A DNA stretch of 56,032 nt, from NCBI GenBank assembly GCA_045888315.1, contig JBGCVQ010000116.1, positions 1-56,032 of the forward strand. The letters are read 5' to 3'. Below, piece by piece: positions 19,407 through 33,562 of this stretch. Position 1 is the stretch's first letter. Every line of letters starts with the position of its first letter. Both the position numbers and the translations under genes were made by a program. The notes beneath the pieces are model-generated. The model worked only from the letters and a program-made list of their open reading frames with translations. It was not told the DNA's origin and did not search any database. The stretch comes from Anaerolineales bacterium. GTDB lineage: Bacteria > Chloroflexota > Anaerolineae > Anaerolineales > UBA11858.

Positions 19407-21884
19407 ATGCTCGATTTTATTGCCTGGTATGTGATTGTTCTTGGATTGGGGTGGCTGGTCTTCCCTTTGTCTTTTCGCTTGCTGGTTGATCTCCCTGGCC
19501 GCGGCCTGGCCTTTACCAAGATCCTGGGGATGATGATCTGGGGCTATTTGTTCTGGATTCTCAGCCGCCTGGGTTTTACAGCGAACGACCTGGCCGGGTT
19601 GATCTTCCCATTGCTGCTGATCGCCGGCGCAAGTCTATATTCCCTGAGGGGTTCTGGCTGGCGTAAGCTCAAGGAATGGCTGCGTGAGCATCGCTCCCTG
19701 GTTTTCACCACGGAAGCCCTCTTTCTGGCTGCATTCATCGCCATGGCTCTCGTCCGCGCCCTCAACCCAGAGATTGTGGGAACCGAGAAACCCATGGAGC
19801 TGGCTTTCATCAACGCCATCCTGAGTTCTGAGGGTATGCCACCCCGGGATCCCTGGCTTTCCGGTTACGCCATCTCCTATTATTACTTTGGCTATATCCT
19901 GGTGGCGATGCTGGCAAAACTGGCCGGCACCTTGGGAAGCGTGGCTTTCAACCTGGCTGTATCCCTGACCTTCGCCCTGGCGGCTCTCGGTTCCTACGGA
20001 GTTCTTTACAATCTGCTGGCGCTTCGTAAAGCCAAATGGCAGGCCGTCCTGGTTCCCGGGCTGCTGGCTCCCTTCTTCACGCTGATCGTCAGCAACTGGG
20101 AAGGGTTTCTGCACTACCTGTCCTCCGAAGGATTGTTCTGGAATGGGACAGGAGGCCAAAGCAGTTCCCCTTTTTGGTCCTGGCTGGATATCCAGGACCT
20201 GGTCAACCCTCCTGCTGGGAACACCTTTGGTCATTGGTGGTGGTGGAGGGCTTCCCGGGTCATTCAGGATTATGATTTTTCTGGCTTTGGCAAGGAGGTC
20301 ATCTCCGAATTCCCCTTCTTCTCCTTTTTACTGGGAGATCTCCATCCCCATGTCCTGTCCATCCCCTATGTGTTCTTGATCTTGGTTTTCGCTATTGCCC
20401 TCTATCTCCGACCCCGGGAAAGGTCATTCTCTTGGCTGAGGCTGCTTCCCCTGGAGATCTCCCCTGCTTTCTTCCTGGTCTTAGCCTGGCTGGCTGGAGG
20501 CATGGCTTTCTTGAACACCTGGAACTTCCCCATGTACGTTGGCATCCTGGCAGGTGCCTATGCTCTCAGGGAGAATCAGGGACGGAAGAAATGGGATGTG
20601 ATAGTGCTCCTGAAGGATTTCCTGTTCTTAGGAGCAGCCCTGGGTGTGACCGGTGGGTTCCTCTACCTGCCTTGGTATCTGGGTTTCTCATCCCAGGCCG
20701 GTGGGATCCTTCCCAACGTGCTCTTTATCACCTATGGGAATCAGTTCTGGGTCATGTTCGGTCCCCTGCTCGTTCCCATCTTTGCCTGGTTGATAGTCCG
20801 GTACGTTAAGGAGCGGCAGACCTTCAACCTGGCGCTAGGGCTGCGGATCACCGCCTTCCTGGTGGTGGGATTGCTGCTGCTGATGCTTGCCTACGTTGGC
20901 TTGGCAGCGCTTCTCAATATCACCAGTTCCCAGGGCAATTTGATCGATCTGTTCCTGGGTTTGGTTGGTGGTACGGATCCCTCCCAGGTCGTTCTGGAAG
21001 GTCTGTTTCGCAGGCTTCAGCGGCCGGGAACCTGGCTGACCCTATCAGTCCTATCTCTGCTGGGTTGGGGCTTGATCTTCCCTGAAAAGGAGGACCCCTC
21101 GGGCTCGGGTGGAACTGGTCCTCGAACCCGGGAGATCGATCTCATCCTGCTGCTGGTTCTATCTGGCATGGTCCTGGTCCTTTTCCCGGAATTCATTTAT
21201 TTACGGGACATGTTCGGCTACCGGATCAATACTATTTTTAAGTTCTATTACCAGGCCTGGTTGATCTGGAGTATCGCAGCCGCTTATGCTTTTGTCGTTC
21301 TGAGTGAGTCACTGAAGGGATCCTGGCGGCTGCTTGTTTACGGAGCCATGCTGATCTCCTTGGGAATGGCACTTTTTTACCCGGTGCTGGGATTGAACTC
21401 CAAGACCAATGGTTTCACGCGCGCTGAAGGATTGTCCCTGGATGGGTCCTATTTATACCCCTCGTCTGACTACGAAGGTGTCTCCTTCCTGAGGAATGCC
21501 GAACCGGGTGTGATTGCCGAGGCAGTAGGGGGCAGCTACTCCACCGAACATGCCAGGATGGCGACCTATACTGGATATCCGACCATCCTGGGGTGGGATT
21601 TCCACGAGGTGCAGTGGAGAGGTGGTTGGGACCTGGTGATGCTGCGGAAGGAAGACGTGGCTACTTTGTACTGCACAACCCAGTGGGAGACGGCCCGCTC
21701 CCTGCTTGAAAAATATCAGGTTAGCTATGTGGTTGTCGGCAATATCGAATACTCAACTTATACGGAAGGCAGCGATTACTGCCCCTTTGGGATCAAGGTC
21801 GATAAGTTCGATGTATATCTGCAGCCAGCCTTCAGGAATGAGCGGTTGACCATTTATTCTGTCCCGGAGTTCCAGCAGGAATGA
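19407..21884 (+). CDS. YYY/DUF2298 membrane protein (putative GT-C)
   Basis: GTEKPME, PPRDPWLSGYAISYYYFG, EFPFFSFLLGDLHPH, NTIFKFYYQAW and GWDFHEVQWR; paralog of the C-terminal half of the preceding gene. Confidence 0.8.
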   Translation: MLDFIAWYVIVLGLGWLVFPLSFRLLVDLPGRGLAFTKILGMMIWGYLFWILSRLGFTANDLAGLIFPLLLIAGASLYSLRGSGWRKLKEWLREHRSLVFTTEALFLAAFIAMALVRALNPEIVGTEKPMELAFINAILSSEGMPPRDPWLSGYAISYYYFGYILVAMLAKLAGTLGSVAFNLAVSLTFALAALGSYGVLYNLLALRKAKWQAVLVPGLLAPFFTLIVSNWEGFLHYLSSEGLFWNGTGGQSSSPFWSWLDIQDLVNPPAGNTFGHWWWWRASRVIQDYDFSGFGKEVISEFPFFSFLLGDLHPHVLSIPYVFLILVFAIALYLRPRERSFSWLRLLPLEISPAFFLVLAWLAGGMAFLNTWNFPMYVGILAGAYALRENQGRKKWDVIVLLKDFLFLGAALGVTGGFLYLPWYLGFSSQAGGILPNVLFITYGNQFWVMFGPLLVPIFAWLIVRYVKERQTFNLALGLRITAFLVVGLLLLMLAYVGLAALLNITSSQGNLIDLFLGLVGGTDPSQVVLEGLFRRLQRPGTWLTLSVLSLLGWGLIFPEKEDPSGSGGTGPRTREIDLILLLVLSGMVLVLFPEFIYLRDMFGYRINTIFKFYYQAWLIWSIAAAYAFVVLSESLKGSWRLLVYGAMLISLGMALFYPVLGLNSKTNGFTRAEGLSLDGSYLYPSSDYEGVSFLRNAEPGVIAEAVGGSYSTEHARMATYTGYPTILGWDFHEVQWRGGWDLVMLRKEDVATLYCTTQWETARSLLEKYQVSYVVVGNIEYSTYTEGSDYCPFGIKVDKFDVYLQPAFRNERLTIYSVPEFQQE

Positions 21885-21926
21885 TCCGCAACGCGAGATA
21901 CCCGACCCGTTCAGAGGGGTTTTGAC

Positions 21927-23624
21927 ATGGAGCGTAAGTACACGATAACCAATGAAACTATCCTCTATGGGCTGATCCTGATCGCGGCCCTGTTAGTGAG
22001 GCTCTTCCTACTGGGCCGAGTGCCGCTGGGAGAAATGGAAGCCAGTTGGGCTATCCAGGCCTGGCAGTCTGCCCTGGGTGAATCCGCTGTTTTGGGTTCT
22101 CAAGTGGGGTATTTGGCTTTCAGCAGCTTCCTGTTCCGGATGTTCGGAGGCAGTGATTTTCTAGCCCGGTTATGGCCAGCCTTGGCCGGGGCCCTGTTGA
22201 TCGGGGTGCCAGTCGCCCTTCGCAAGGAGCTCGGATTGTTTCCTGCCCTGGTCATGGCGGGAGGCTTGGCGCTCGACCCTGCCCTGGTTTCCGCTTCCCG
22301 GACCGTGGGCAACTCCCTTCCCGCCCTGGTTTTCTTGTCCCTGGCCCTGGTTTATTTTCACAACTACCGCCTCACCTGGTCAGCGTTTTTCTTAGGGCTG
22401 GGACTGCTCTCTGGACAGGGGTTCTGGCTGGGGATCCTGATCCTGCTGATAAGTGTTTTTGCGGCCAACCGGGCGGGTTTGATCGCGCCGCTGGACTATT
22501 TCCGGGAACGATTCTCTACATATAAAAAGGAATCCGGGGGGAATCTGGTTGGCTTCCTGTTACCAGTCTTGCTCCTTGTGCTGATAGGTTCATCCTTCTT
22601 GACCGAGTGGATGGGGCTGACTGCCTGGGTGAGCGCTTTGCCGGAGTTCCTGTCTTCCTGGCTTAAGCCTGGCGGGTTATCTTTTAGCAAGCTGCTGATC
22701 ATCCTGGTCCTCAGCAATCCTTTTGCGTTGGTCTTCGGCCTGGTGGGATTCACCAGAGCCTGGCGAACGGATGACAGATTAGGTAAATTCCTTGCGATCT
22801 TCTGGGCAGCGTCTCTAGTGGTGGTCTTCCTCTATCCTGGCCGCCAGGGAGATGTCCTGATCTGGTCTGCCCTTCCTCTGTGGGGGGGAGCTGCCTTGGA
22901 GATCGTCCGCGTCTTTACGTCAGCCAAGAGCGTGTGGGCAACGTATCTTGTGGCTGGCTTGGCAGCTGTATTGGTATCGCTGAATTGGCTGACGATGATC
23001 GGGATGGTTTTCCAGGTTGGGAATGATAAGGCGATCCTGCTCCAGCTGGGTCTGCTGGCAGCTTCCACAGCCCTGGTGGTCCTGTCCTTTATCGTTGTTT
23101 CCGGGGAGTGGAATAAGGGAACTGCCTGGAAGGGATTAGCAATCGGGGTTGGACTGGTCCTGCTCCTGTTCATGATCTCCTCCTTGACCCTGGATGGCTT
23201 TCTGTGGGAGAAGGATCCCCGGTCGCTGTACACCAGTTCCAGTGGGCCCGGCCAGATGGACCTTCTCCGGGACTCCATCTCGGGCGCCAGCCTGACCGCG
23301 ACCGGCCGTTCCGACAGCATCCAGGGAGTCGTGCTCGCCAAGAGCCCGTCCCTGCGCTGGTATTTGAAAGATTATCCCGCTTTTGAATTTGCTGACAGCA
23401 TCGAGGGCGGGAATCCGCCGCCCGTGCTGATCACTTCGGAGGAGGATCAATCCTGGGCGGAGAACGAGGTCTATCGTGGCCAGGACTTTGTGCTGTCTTC
23501 TCACCCGGGCTGGAACGGACCTGTTCCAGAGGATTGGATCAGCTGGATGGCGTTCCGTTTTGGCCCTGTGCAGCGGGATCACATCATCCTTTGGGTCCGC
23601 AACGATATCAACTCGGGTTATTAG
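21927..23624 (+). CDS. Polytopic membrane protein, probably GT-C-like
   Basis: Many TM helices; RLFLLGRVPLGEMEA first loop; FGGSDFLARLWPALAG resembles PMT/ArnT-type proteins. Confidence 0.55.
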   Translation: MERKYTITNETILYGLILIAALLVRLFLLGRVPLGEMEASWAIQAWQSALGESAVLGSQVGYLAFSSFLFRMFGGSDFLARLWPALAGALLIGVPVALRKELGLFPALVMAGGLALDPALVSASRTVGNSLPALVFLSLALVYFHNYRLTWSAFFLGLGLLSGQGFWLGILILLISVFAANRAGLIAPLDYFRERFSTYKKESGGNLVGFLLPVLLLVLIGSSFLTEWMGLTAWVSALPEFLSSWLKPGGLSFSKLLIILVLSNPFALVFGLVGFTRAWRTDDRLGKFLAIFWAASLVVVFLYPGRQGDVLIWSALPLWGGAALEIVRVFTSAKSVWATYLVAGLAAVLVSLNWLTMIGMVFQVGNDKAILLQLGLLAASTALVVLSFIVVSGEWNKGTAWKGLAIGVGLVLLLFMISSLTLDGFLWEKDPRSLYTSSSGPGQMDLLRDSISGASLTATGRSDSIQGVVLAKSPSLRWYLKDYPAFEFADSIEGGNPPPVLITSEEDQSWAENEVYRGQDFVLSSHPGWNGPVPEDWISWMAFRFGPVQRDHIILWVRNDINSGY

Positions 23625-23683
23625 ATTGGGAATCGACCAGCTCCTGCTGGTGTTGTGATCAAGGATATCAAACGAGGAATGGA

Positions 23684-24370
23684 ATGAATTTTCCAAGCAT
23701 CATTGCCATAGACGGTCCAGCCGCTTCAGGGAAAACCACCATTGCCAATCTCCTGGCAGCGCGCTGGGGATATCTGTTCTTTGATACGGGGGTGATGTAC
23801 CGCGCGGTCACCTGGTTCGCCCTTGAGAAAGGTATCTCCACCAAGGATGAAGCAGCGGTGTCACAGCTGGCGCGGGATGTGCAAATAGATGTCCTGCCTC
23901 CTTCCAAAGCTGACGGCCGCGAATACGATGTGGTGGCGGATGGTATCGATGTCACCTGGAAGATCCGCGTTCCCCAGGTGGATAAGAAAGTCTCACGGGT
24001 CTCTGCTTACCCGGAGGTCCGGGAAGCTCTCACAGACCAGCAGCGCCGGATCGGCTTGCGGGGAAAGGTGATCATGGTTGGCAGGGATATCGGCACAGTG
24101 GTGCTGCCCGAAGCTGACCTGAAGATCTTCCTGGATGCCTCTGTTGAGGAGCGAGCCCAGCGCCGTTATAAACAGCGGATCGAACGGAGCGGAAAGGCAG
24201 ATTACGAGAAGATCCTCAAGGCCTTGAAGAAAAGGGACCGGATAGACTCGACCCGGGAAATCGCACCGTTACGAGCGGCTGATGATGCGGTTATCATTAA
24301 CACGGATGAAATGGCTATTGAGGAAGTGGTTTCCCATATAGAAGAGCTTGCTGGAGGATCCAGAGATTGA
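23684..24370 (+). CDS. cmk: Cytidylate kinase
   Basis: IAIDGPAASGKTT, DTGVMYR, GRDIGTVV and RDRIDSTR motifs. Confidence 0.95.
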   Translation: MNFPSIIAIDGPAASGKTTIANLLAARWGYLFFDTGVMYRAVTWFALEKGISTKDEAAVSQLARDVQIDVLPPSKADGREYDVVADGIDVTWKIRVPQVDKKVSRVSAYPEVREALTDQQRRIGLRGKVIMVGRDIGTVVLPEADLKIFLDASVEERAQRRYKQRIERSGKADYEKILKALKKRDRIDSTREIAPLRAADDAVIINTDEMAIEEVVSHIEELAGGSRD

Positions 24371-24371
24371 C

Positions 24372-25100
24372 ATGGAAGAGACCTACCGAGTTCCCCTGCA
24401 TATCAAGATCTCCCGCAGATTTTTGCGGGTGTTTTTCAAGGTGGTCTTCAACCTGCTCGGAAAGGTTGAACTATACGGGATGGAAAATATCCCCACCCAT
24501 AACCGGTATATCGTTGCTTTCAATCATGTGTCCCTGGTTGAGGTTCCGTTCATCGCGGCCTTTTGGCCTGATATCCTGGAGATCATCGGTGCCACTGCCG
24601 TCTGGCAGCGGTCCGGTCAGTCCTTGATCGCGAAAATGTGGGCTGGAATCCAGGTCAATAGGAATGAATTTGACCGCGAGGTCTTCAAACAGGTCGAACT
24701 TGCATTCAAAGCCGATCGGCCCTTGATGATCTCGCCGGAAGGCGGCCGTTCCCACACGCCGGGCTTGCGGCGCGGAAAACCAGGAGTCGCTTATATCATT
24801 GACAAGGTTGGCGATGTGGTGGTGGTGCCGGCGGCGGTGGTTGGCAACACGATGGATTTCTTGACCCAGGGCTTGCGCCTGAAACGGCCGACCATCCAGC
24901 TGATCGTTGGAGAACCGTTCAGCGTGCCTCCCCTGGCAGGAAAAGGGGAGGAGAGGCGGGTCATGCGCCAGAGGAACACCGACTTGATCATGGCGCACCT
25001 GGCTGCTTTGCTTCCAGAATCCTATCGAGGCGTCTACCGCGATTATCAGCGGATCCTGGCAGGTGAAGAGGTGGTTTTCGATTCCCCTCAAGCTGGTTAA
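24372..25100 (+). CDS. plsC: Lysophospholipid (1-acyl-G3P) acyltransferase
   Basis: NHVSLVE (HX4D/E variant) and SPEGGRS motifs; follows cmk. Confidence 0.75.
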   Translation: MEETYRVPLHIKISRRFLRVFFKVVFNLLGKVELYGMENIPTHNRYIVAFNHVSLVEVPFIAAFWPDILEIIGATAVWQRSGQSLIAKMWAGIQVNRNEFDREVFKQVELAFKADRPLMISPEGGRSHTPGLRRGKPGVAYIIDKVGDVVVVPAAVVGNTMDFLTQGLRLKRPTIQLIVGEPFSVPPLAGKGEERRVMRQRNTDLIMAHLAALLPESYRGVYRDYQRILAGEEVVFDSPQAG

Positions 25101-25145
25101 GGGGTTCTTACTATTTTATTAGGGGGAAAAGGCCGATACTATCCA

Positions 25146-25154
25146 TGCTATAAT
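25146..25154 (+). promoter_or_regulatory. Extended -10 promoter upstream of the sensor kinase
   Basis: TGCTATAAT in an AT-rich intergenic region. Confidence 0.65.
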
Positions 25155-25159
25155 CGAGT

Positions 25160-25201
25160 ATGGATTTCGACCAGCCAGAATCAACCCAACCCAGGCTATG
25201 A
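25160..25201 (+). CDS. Putative 13-aa leaderless uORF (MDFDQPESTQPRL)
   Basis: ATG lies 5 nt after TATAAT; its TGA overlaps the kinase start codons (ATGATG). Confidence 0.35.
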   Translation: MDFDQPESTQPRL

Positions 25202-28200
25202 TGCCCTTCGTTCTGACCTTATTTAATGCTCCTGCATATCTGATCTGGCCGGCAAGCGGGCTGGGGATAGCAGCCCTGGCTGTGATGCTTGGTGGGCTGA
25301 TTTTCGGGAATTGGTACTGGCGGGATTACCAGCGGGAAATGAAAGAGAACCAGTGGTTCCTGTTCGGCATCCTGCTGACTCTGGCGCCGGTTGCAGTCCT
25401 GTTCTTCGGCATCAAGCTTCCGGATTGGGGTGCGATCCCTCTGCCTGGTATGTCGCTGGAGCCAACTGGCGGCACTTTGATGATCCTGGGAGCCCTGCCG
25501 GCGATCATTGCCGGCTGGATCTTGGGTCCGATCAGCGCTTCTGTGATTGGCTTGATCTCAGGGATGTGCCTGGCTTACTGGGATACCCACTCCCCGTTCA
25601 CGGTCATCGAGTTCATCTTTTTCGCCCTGCTGGTCTCGGTTGCTATCCGACAGCGCTTCCGGACTGCCTTTTTCAGCATCTTGCGCCGTCCCTTCCTGGC
25701 TAGTTTGCTGATCGCCGGGCTGCATGCCCTGGTTTATATCTTAGGCGCCTTCTTCTGGTCCTCCGGCGCCGTGGTGGAGAAGCTTGATTTTGCGATCTCC
25801 AACCTCCGGACTGGTGTGGCCGCTCTGGGAGGCAGCTTCGCCTTGGGCGGACTGATCACGGAATTCGCACTGGTTGCTCTGCCGCGGGCTGATGGTATCA
25901 AATCGAAACTGCGGCCTTCTCCCTCCGAAAGCAGTATCAAGATTCGCTTCCTGCAGTATGTGGTATCCCTGACCCTGGTGCTGGTGCTGGTGCTGCTGCT
26001 GGTGAACTGGTTCGTTGCCGGGAACTCAGCAGAAAAGATGGTCCAAAACCAGTTGGAGAACATCGCCCGCACCACAACCAACAAGATTCCCTTCTTCTTT
26101 AACACAGGTCAAAGCCTGATCAGCCAATATGCCTCGGATCTTTCTGTGGACTTTACTGTCCAGGAAGAGATGGATACGGTTCTTCGAAAAAGCTTCCGGG
26201 CCATTCCCTTCTTTTCACAGTTCTATATATTCAATTCCAGCACGGATCTGATCGCCGCCTATCCGGAACAGGACCTGGAGGGTTTGTCTTTTGGCAGCGA
26301 CTTTTATACGGGTCTGGCCTCCGCGTTGAATGGGGTGCCGGTCCAGGTCTATGTCACACCCCCCACAGGAACGGGAAGCAAAACGGTCATCACTTATCTG
26401 GGCAGCATCACCTCTCCGGAAGGTTTGCCAGCTGGCGTCCTGGTCGGCTTGGTGGACCTGGAGTCCAATCCCTTCACCCAGCCTATCTTGAGCGACTTGA
26501 AAGCCATCAATGAAATGGGCGGGGTCGGCTACCTGCTGGATGAGCAGGGGCGGGTGCTGTATTCCTCTGAGGATGATCTGTTCGGTATCTATTTCCCGAG
26601 CTTTGACCTGCAGCACGAAGAGGTCTTCTCAAAACAGACCTCGGCAGATGGCATCCGGCAACTGGTGTATATTCGTTCAGCCCTGGGCCGTCCCTGGACG
26701 GTCATGCTGACCCTGCCTGCAGTCCGGGCTCAGCAGCTGGCTCTGGACCTGGCTGCCCCTCTCTCGGGGGTGGTGCTCTTGATCGCATTGGTCACCATGG
26801 CTGCCATGTATTTTGGCTTGAGTTCAGTGGCGGATTCACTCCACGTATTGACCCGGGAGGCGGATCGGATCACCAAGGGAGAGCTGGATCATCCCCTGCG
26901 GGTCACACCCCGGGTAGATGAGGTCGGACAGCTTCGCCGGGCATTCGAGAAGATGCGGCGGAGCTTGAAGAACAGGATGGTGGAGCTCAATCGGCTGCTG
27001 ACTGTCAGCCAGGGAGTTGCTTCTTCACTCGAGCTGGCAGATGCGGTGGAGACCATCCTCTCCTCAGCGCTGGAGATCGGTGCCTGTTCAGCTCGGATCG
27101 TGCTCGAGGAGGACGTCCTGCCGGAAGGGCTCTCGGAAGGATCGGCGATGACCAGGTTAGGCAAAGGCGAGGATAACGAAGCCTTTGCTTATCTCGATCC
27201 TCAGATCCTGGAATTGGCCCGGACCCGCTCCCCGGTTATGCTGTCCAACCCGGCTCGCATGCCCCTGTTGGAACTCGACGAGGACGATCCGGTTCCGGGA
27301 GCTATCTTGGCCGTTGCCCTGCAGCACGAACAGCGTTATTACGGGGTGATCTGGCTGGCATATTTTGAGCCCCATACCTTCCTGGACAGCGAGGTCAGGT
27401 ATATCGTGACCCTGGCCGGCCAGGCAGCCCTGGCAGCCACGAATTCGTCCCTGTTCAGCCGGGCTGAGATCGGGCGCAAGAGGCTGGCGGCTATCCTGGC
27501 TTCAACCCCTGATCCCATCCTGGTTCTTGATCAGCATGATAAGCTGCTGCTGACCAATCCTGTCGCCGCAGTCCTGTTGGGCTTGGAGGGGGATGCGGGT
27601 AAAGGACAGCCGATCGAGGAATTGACCGATCAGCATGCGCTGATCGATCTGCTGGAAGGCTCTTCAGGAGGGCGGGCATCCAAAGAGATCAAACTGGGAG
27701 ATGGCCGGGTGTTCCTGGCGACCGCTTCTCCCGTCCATGCGGGGGATCATCAACTGGGAAGGGTTTGCGTTCTGCGGGATATCTCTCAGCTGAAGGAAAT
27801 GGATGAGCTCAAGTCGGATTTTGTCTCCACGGTCAGCCATGACCTGCGATCTCCCTTGACCTTGATGCGGGGTTATGCGACCATGCTGGAGATGGTGGGA
27901 GAGCTGAACGATCAGCAGCAGAATTACGTTCACAAGATCATTACCGGAGTGGAAAGCATGTCGCACCTGGTCCAGAATCTGTTGGATCTGGGACGCATCG
28001 AAGCCGAAGTTGGCTTGAAGCTGGATATGATCTCAGCCCCCGACATCGTTTCAGAGGTGACGGATTCCTTCAAGATCCGGGCTTCCCAGAAGAAGGTCAG
28101 CCTTCATGTTGCACCGCCGAACCAGACCATTCCGTTCATTTCCGCGGATAAGGCCCTGCTCCAGCAAGCCCTCAGGAATTTGATAGATAACGCCATCAAT

Positions 28201-28509
28201 TTCAATCAGCAGGGCGGCGAGGTCTGGATCCGCTACAAGATGGAGGAAGGCAAGATCATCTTCGAAGTCGAGGATAACGGGATCGGGATCTCGCCGGTCG
28301 ACCAGCAGCGCCTGTTCGAGAAGTTCTACCGGGTGGAAAGCCGGGAAAAGGACAAGCAGGGAGGCACCGGATTGGGATTGGCAATTGTCAAATCCATCGC
28401 TGAGCGACATGGTGGGGATGCCTGGGTAGAAAGCGAGTTGGGGTCCGGCAGCAGGTTCTATCTGGCAGTGCCCATCCGCCAGCCAGAGAAGAAAGCGCCC
28501 ACGAAGTAG
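25198..28509 (+). CDS. Membrane sensor histidine kinase (multi-TM, Cache-like, HAMP, GAF, PAS, HisKA, HATPase)
   Basis: HAMP DEVGQLRRAFEKM, H-box VSHDLRSPL, N-box NLIDNAI, G1 DNGIG, FEKFYR and G2 GGTGLGL. Confidence 0.92.
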   Translation: MMPFVLTLFNAPAYLIWPASGLGIAALAVMLGGLIFGNWYWRDYQREMKENQWFLFGILLTLAPVAVLFFGIKLPDWGAIPLPGMSLEPTGGTLMILGALPAIIAGWILGPISASVIGLISGMCLAYWDTHSPFTVIEFIFFALLVSVAIRQRFRTAFFSILRRPFLASLLIAGLHALVYILGAFFWSSGAVVEKLDFAISNLRTGVAALGGSFALGGLITEFALVALPRADGIKSKLRPSPSESSIKIRFLQYVVSLTLVLVLVLLLVNWFVAGNSAEKMVQNQLENIARTTTNKIPFFFNTGQSLISQYASDLSVDFTVQEEMDTVLRKSFRAIPFFSQFYIFNSSTDLIAAYPEQDLEGLSFGSDFYTGLASALNGVPVQVYVTPPTGTGSKTVITYLGSITSPEGLPAGVLVGLVDLESNPFTQPILSDLKAINEMGGVGYLLDEQGRVLYSSEDDLFGIYFPSFDLQHEEVFSKQTSADGIRQLVYIRSALGRPWTVMLTLPAVRAQQLALDLAAPLSGVVLLIALVTMAAMYFGLSSVADSLHVLTREADRITKGELDHPLRVTPRVDEVGQLRRAFEKMRRSLKNRMVELNRLLTVSQGVASSLELADAVETILSSALEIGACSARIVLEEDVLPEGLSEGSAMTRLGKGEDNEAFAYLDPQILELARTRSPVMLSNPARMPLLELDEDDPVPGAILAVALQHEQRYYGVIWLAYFEPHTFLDSEVRYIVTLAGQAALAATNSSLFSRAEIGRKRLAAILASTPDPILVLDQHDKLLLTNPVAAVLLGLEGDAGKGQPIEELTDQHALIDLLEGSSGGRASKEIKLGDGRVFLATASPVHAGDHQLGRVCVLRDISQLKEMDELKSDFVSTVSHDLRSPLTLMRGYATMLEMVGELNDQQQNYVHKIITGVESMSHLVQNLLDLGRIEAEVGLKLDMISAPDIVSEVTDSFKIRASQKKVSLHVAPPNQTIPFISADKALLQQALRNLIDNAINFNQQGGEVWIRYKMEEGKIIFEVEDNGIGISPVDQQRLFEKFYRVESREKDKQGGTGLGLAIVKSIAERHGGDAWVESELGSGSRFYLAVPIRQPEKKAPTK

Positions 28510-28615
28510 GTATGGAAATTAGAGATTGACTGTGGTAGACTAATCCTGTGTCTCAGACGAGGCAGCAGGGGGTTTCCAGAAATGGGTCCGGCATGAAATA
28601 GAGGGAAAATTCCTC

Positions 28616-28644
28616 TTGACTGGGTCCCATTCGCCTTGTATAAT
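28616..28644 (+). promoter_or_regulatory. Near-consensus sigma70 promoter for rpoC
   Basis: TTGACT-17 nt-TATAAT. Confidence 0.8.
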
Positions 28645-28944
28645 TACCAGTTGCATGTTAAATATCAATCCCTTCACAGAATGCGAGCGCTGAAGAGCGA
28701 TCTCTCTTGCGCTTGCTTTTGTGCGTGCTGGTACTAATACATCTTTCCTGACTGGCGGTGCCATTTTTTGGACACAAACAGACCTCATAAATGATCAATC
28801 AATTCAGTGATTTCTGGCTGATTTCTGCAGATAGGAATCGGCAGGGGTATTTTGTGGGTTGTGCGATGCAGGCAGTTGAGATGTTGATTGGTGTGGGTAC
28901 CTAATTACAGCGGTTGATAGTACGAACGTACAGGAGGTTTTCGA

Positions 28945-33252
<4,308 letters not shown>

Positions 33253-33282
33253 TAGAGGGCTCTGACAGGGATTTGAAGATCG

Positions 33283-33318
33283 AGAGCGGCTTCTGCGTTG
33301 AAGCCGCTCTTTGTTTTT
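33283..33318 (+). terminator. Intrinsic terminator after rpoC
   Basis: AGAGCGGCTTC/GAAGCCGCTCT stem followed by TTGTTTTT. Confidence 0.85.
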
Positions 33319-33440
33319 CTTCCGGTCAGGCTCCCTGACCAACAGGACCGGGCAGCAGCGGGAGGACATGCCCCGGCTTATTATTTAAGGTTATCAGGGT
33401 TCATCCCAGGGATGATGTTCCCGGGCAGACCACCTTTTCA

Positions 33441-33449
33441 TGTTATAAT
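33441..33449 (+). promoter_or_regulatory. Extended -10 promoter for the topoisomerase subunit A gene
   Basis: TGTTATAAT ~115 nt upstream of ATG 33563. Confidence 0.55.
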
Positions 33450-33562
33450 GCTCATCGGTTAAAATCCCAGTAGACACTGCATGTTAGAAAGCTACGGAAT
33501 ACGAGGCGTGGAGAGGAAACCGCAAAGTTCGTATTCCGTGTTGTGTTGTAGTTGGAGGAATT

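Noticed and set aside
28681-28737. Cys-rich mini-ORF MRALKSDLSCACFCACWY in the rpoC leader
   Set aside because: No SD, and the Cys codons follow from the TG/GC-rich hairpin arm; only conservation data could rescue it.
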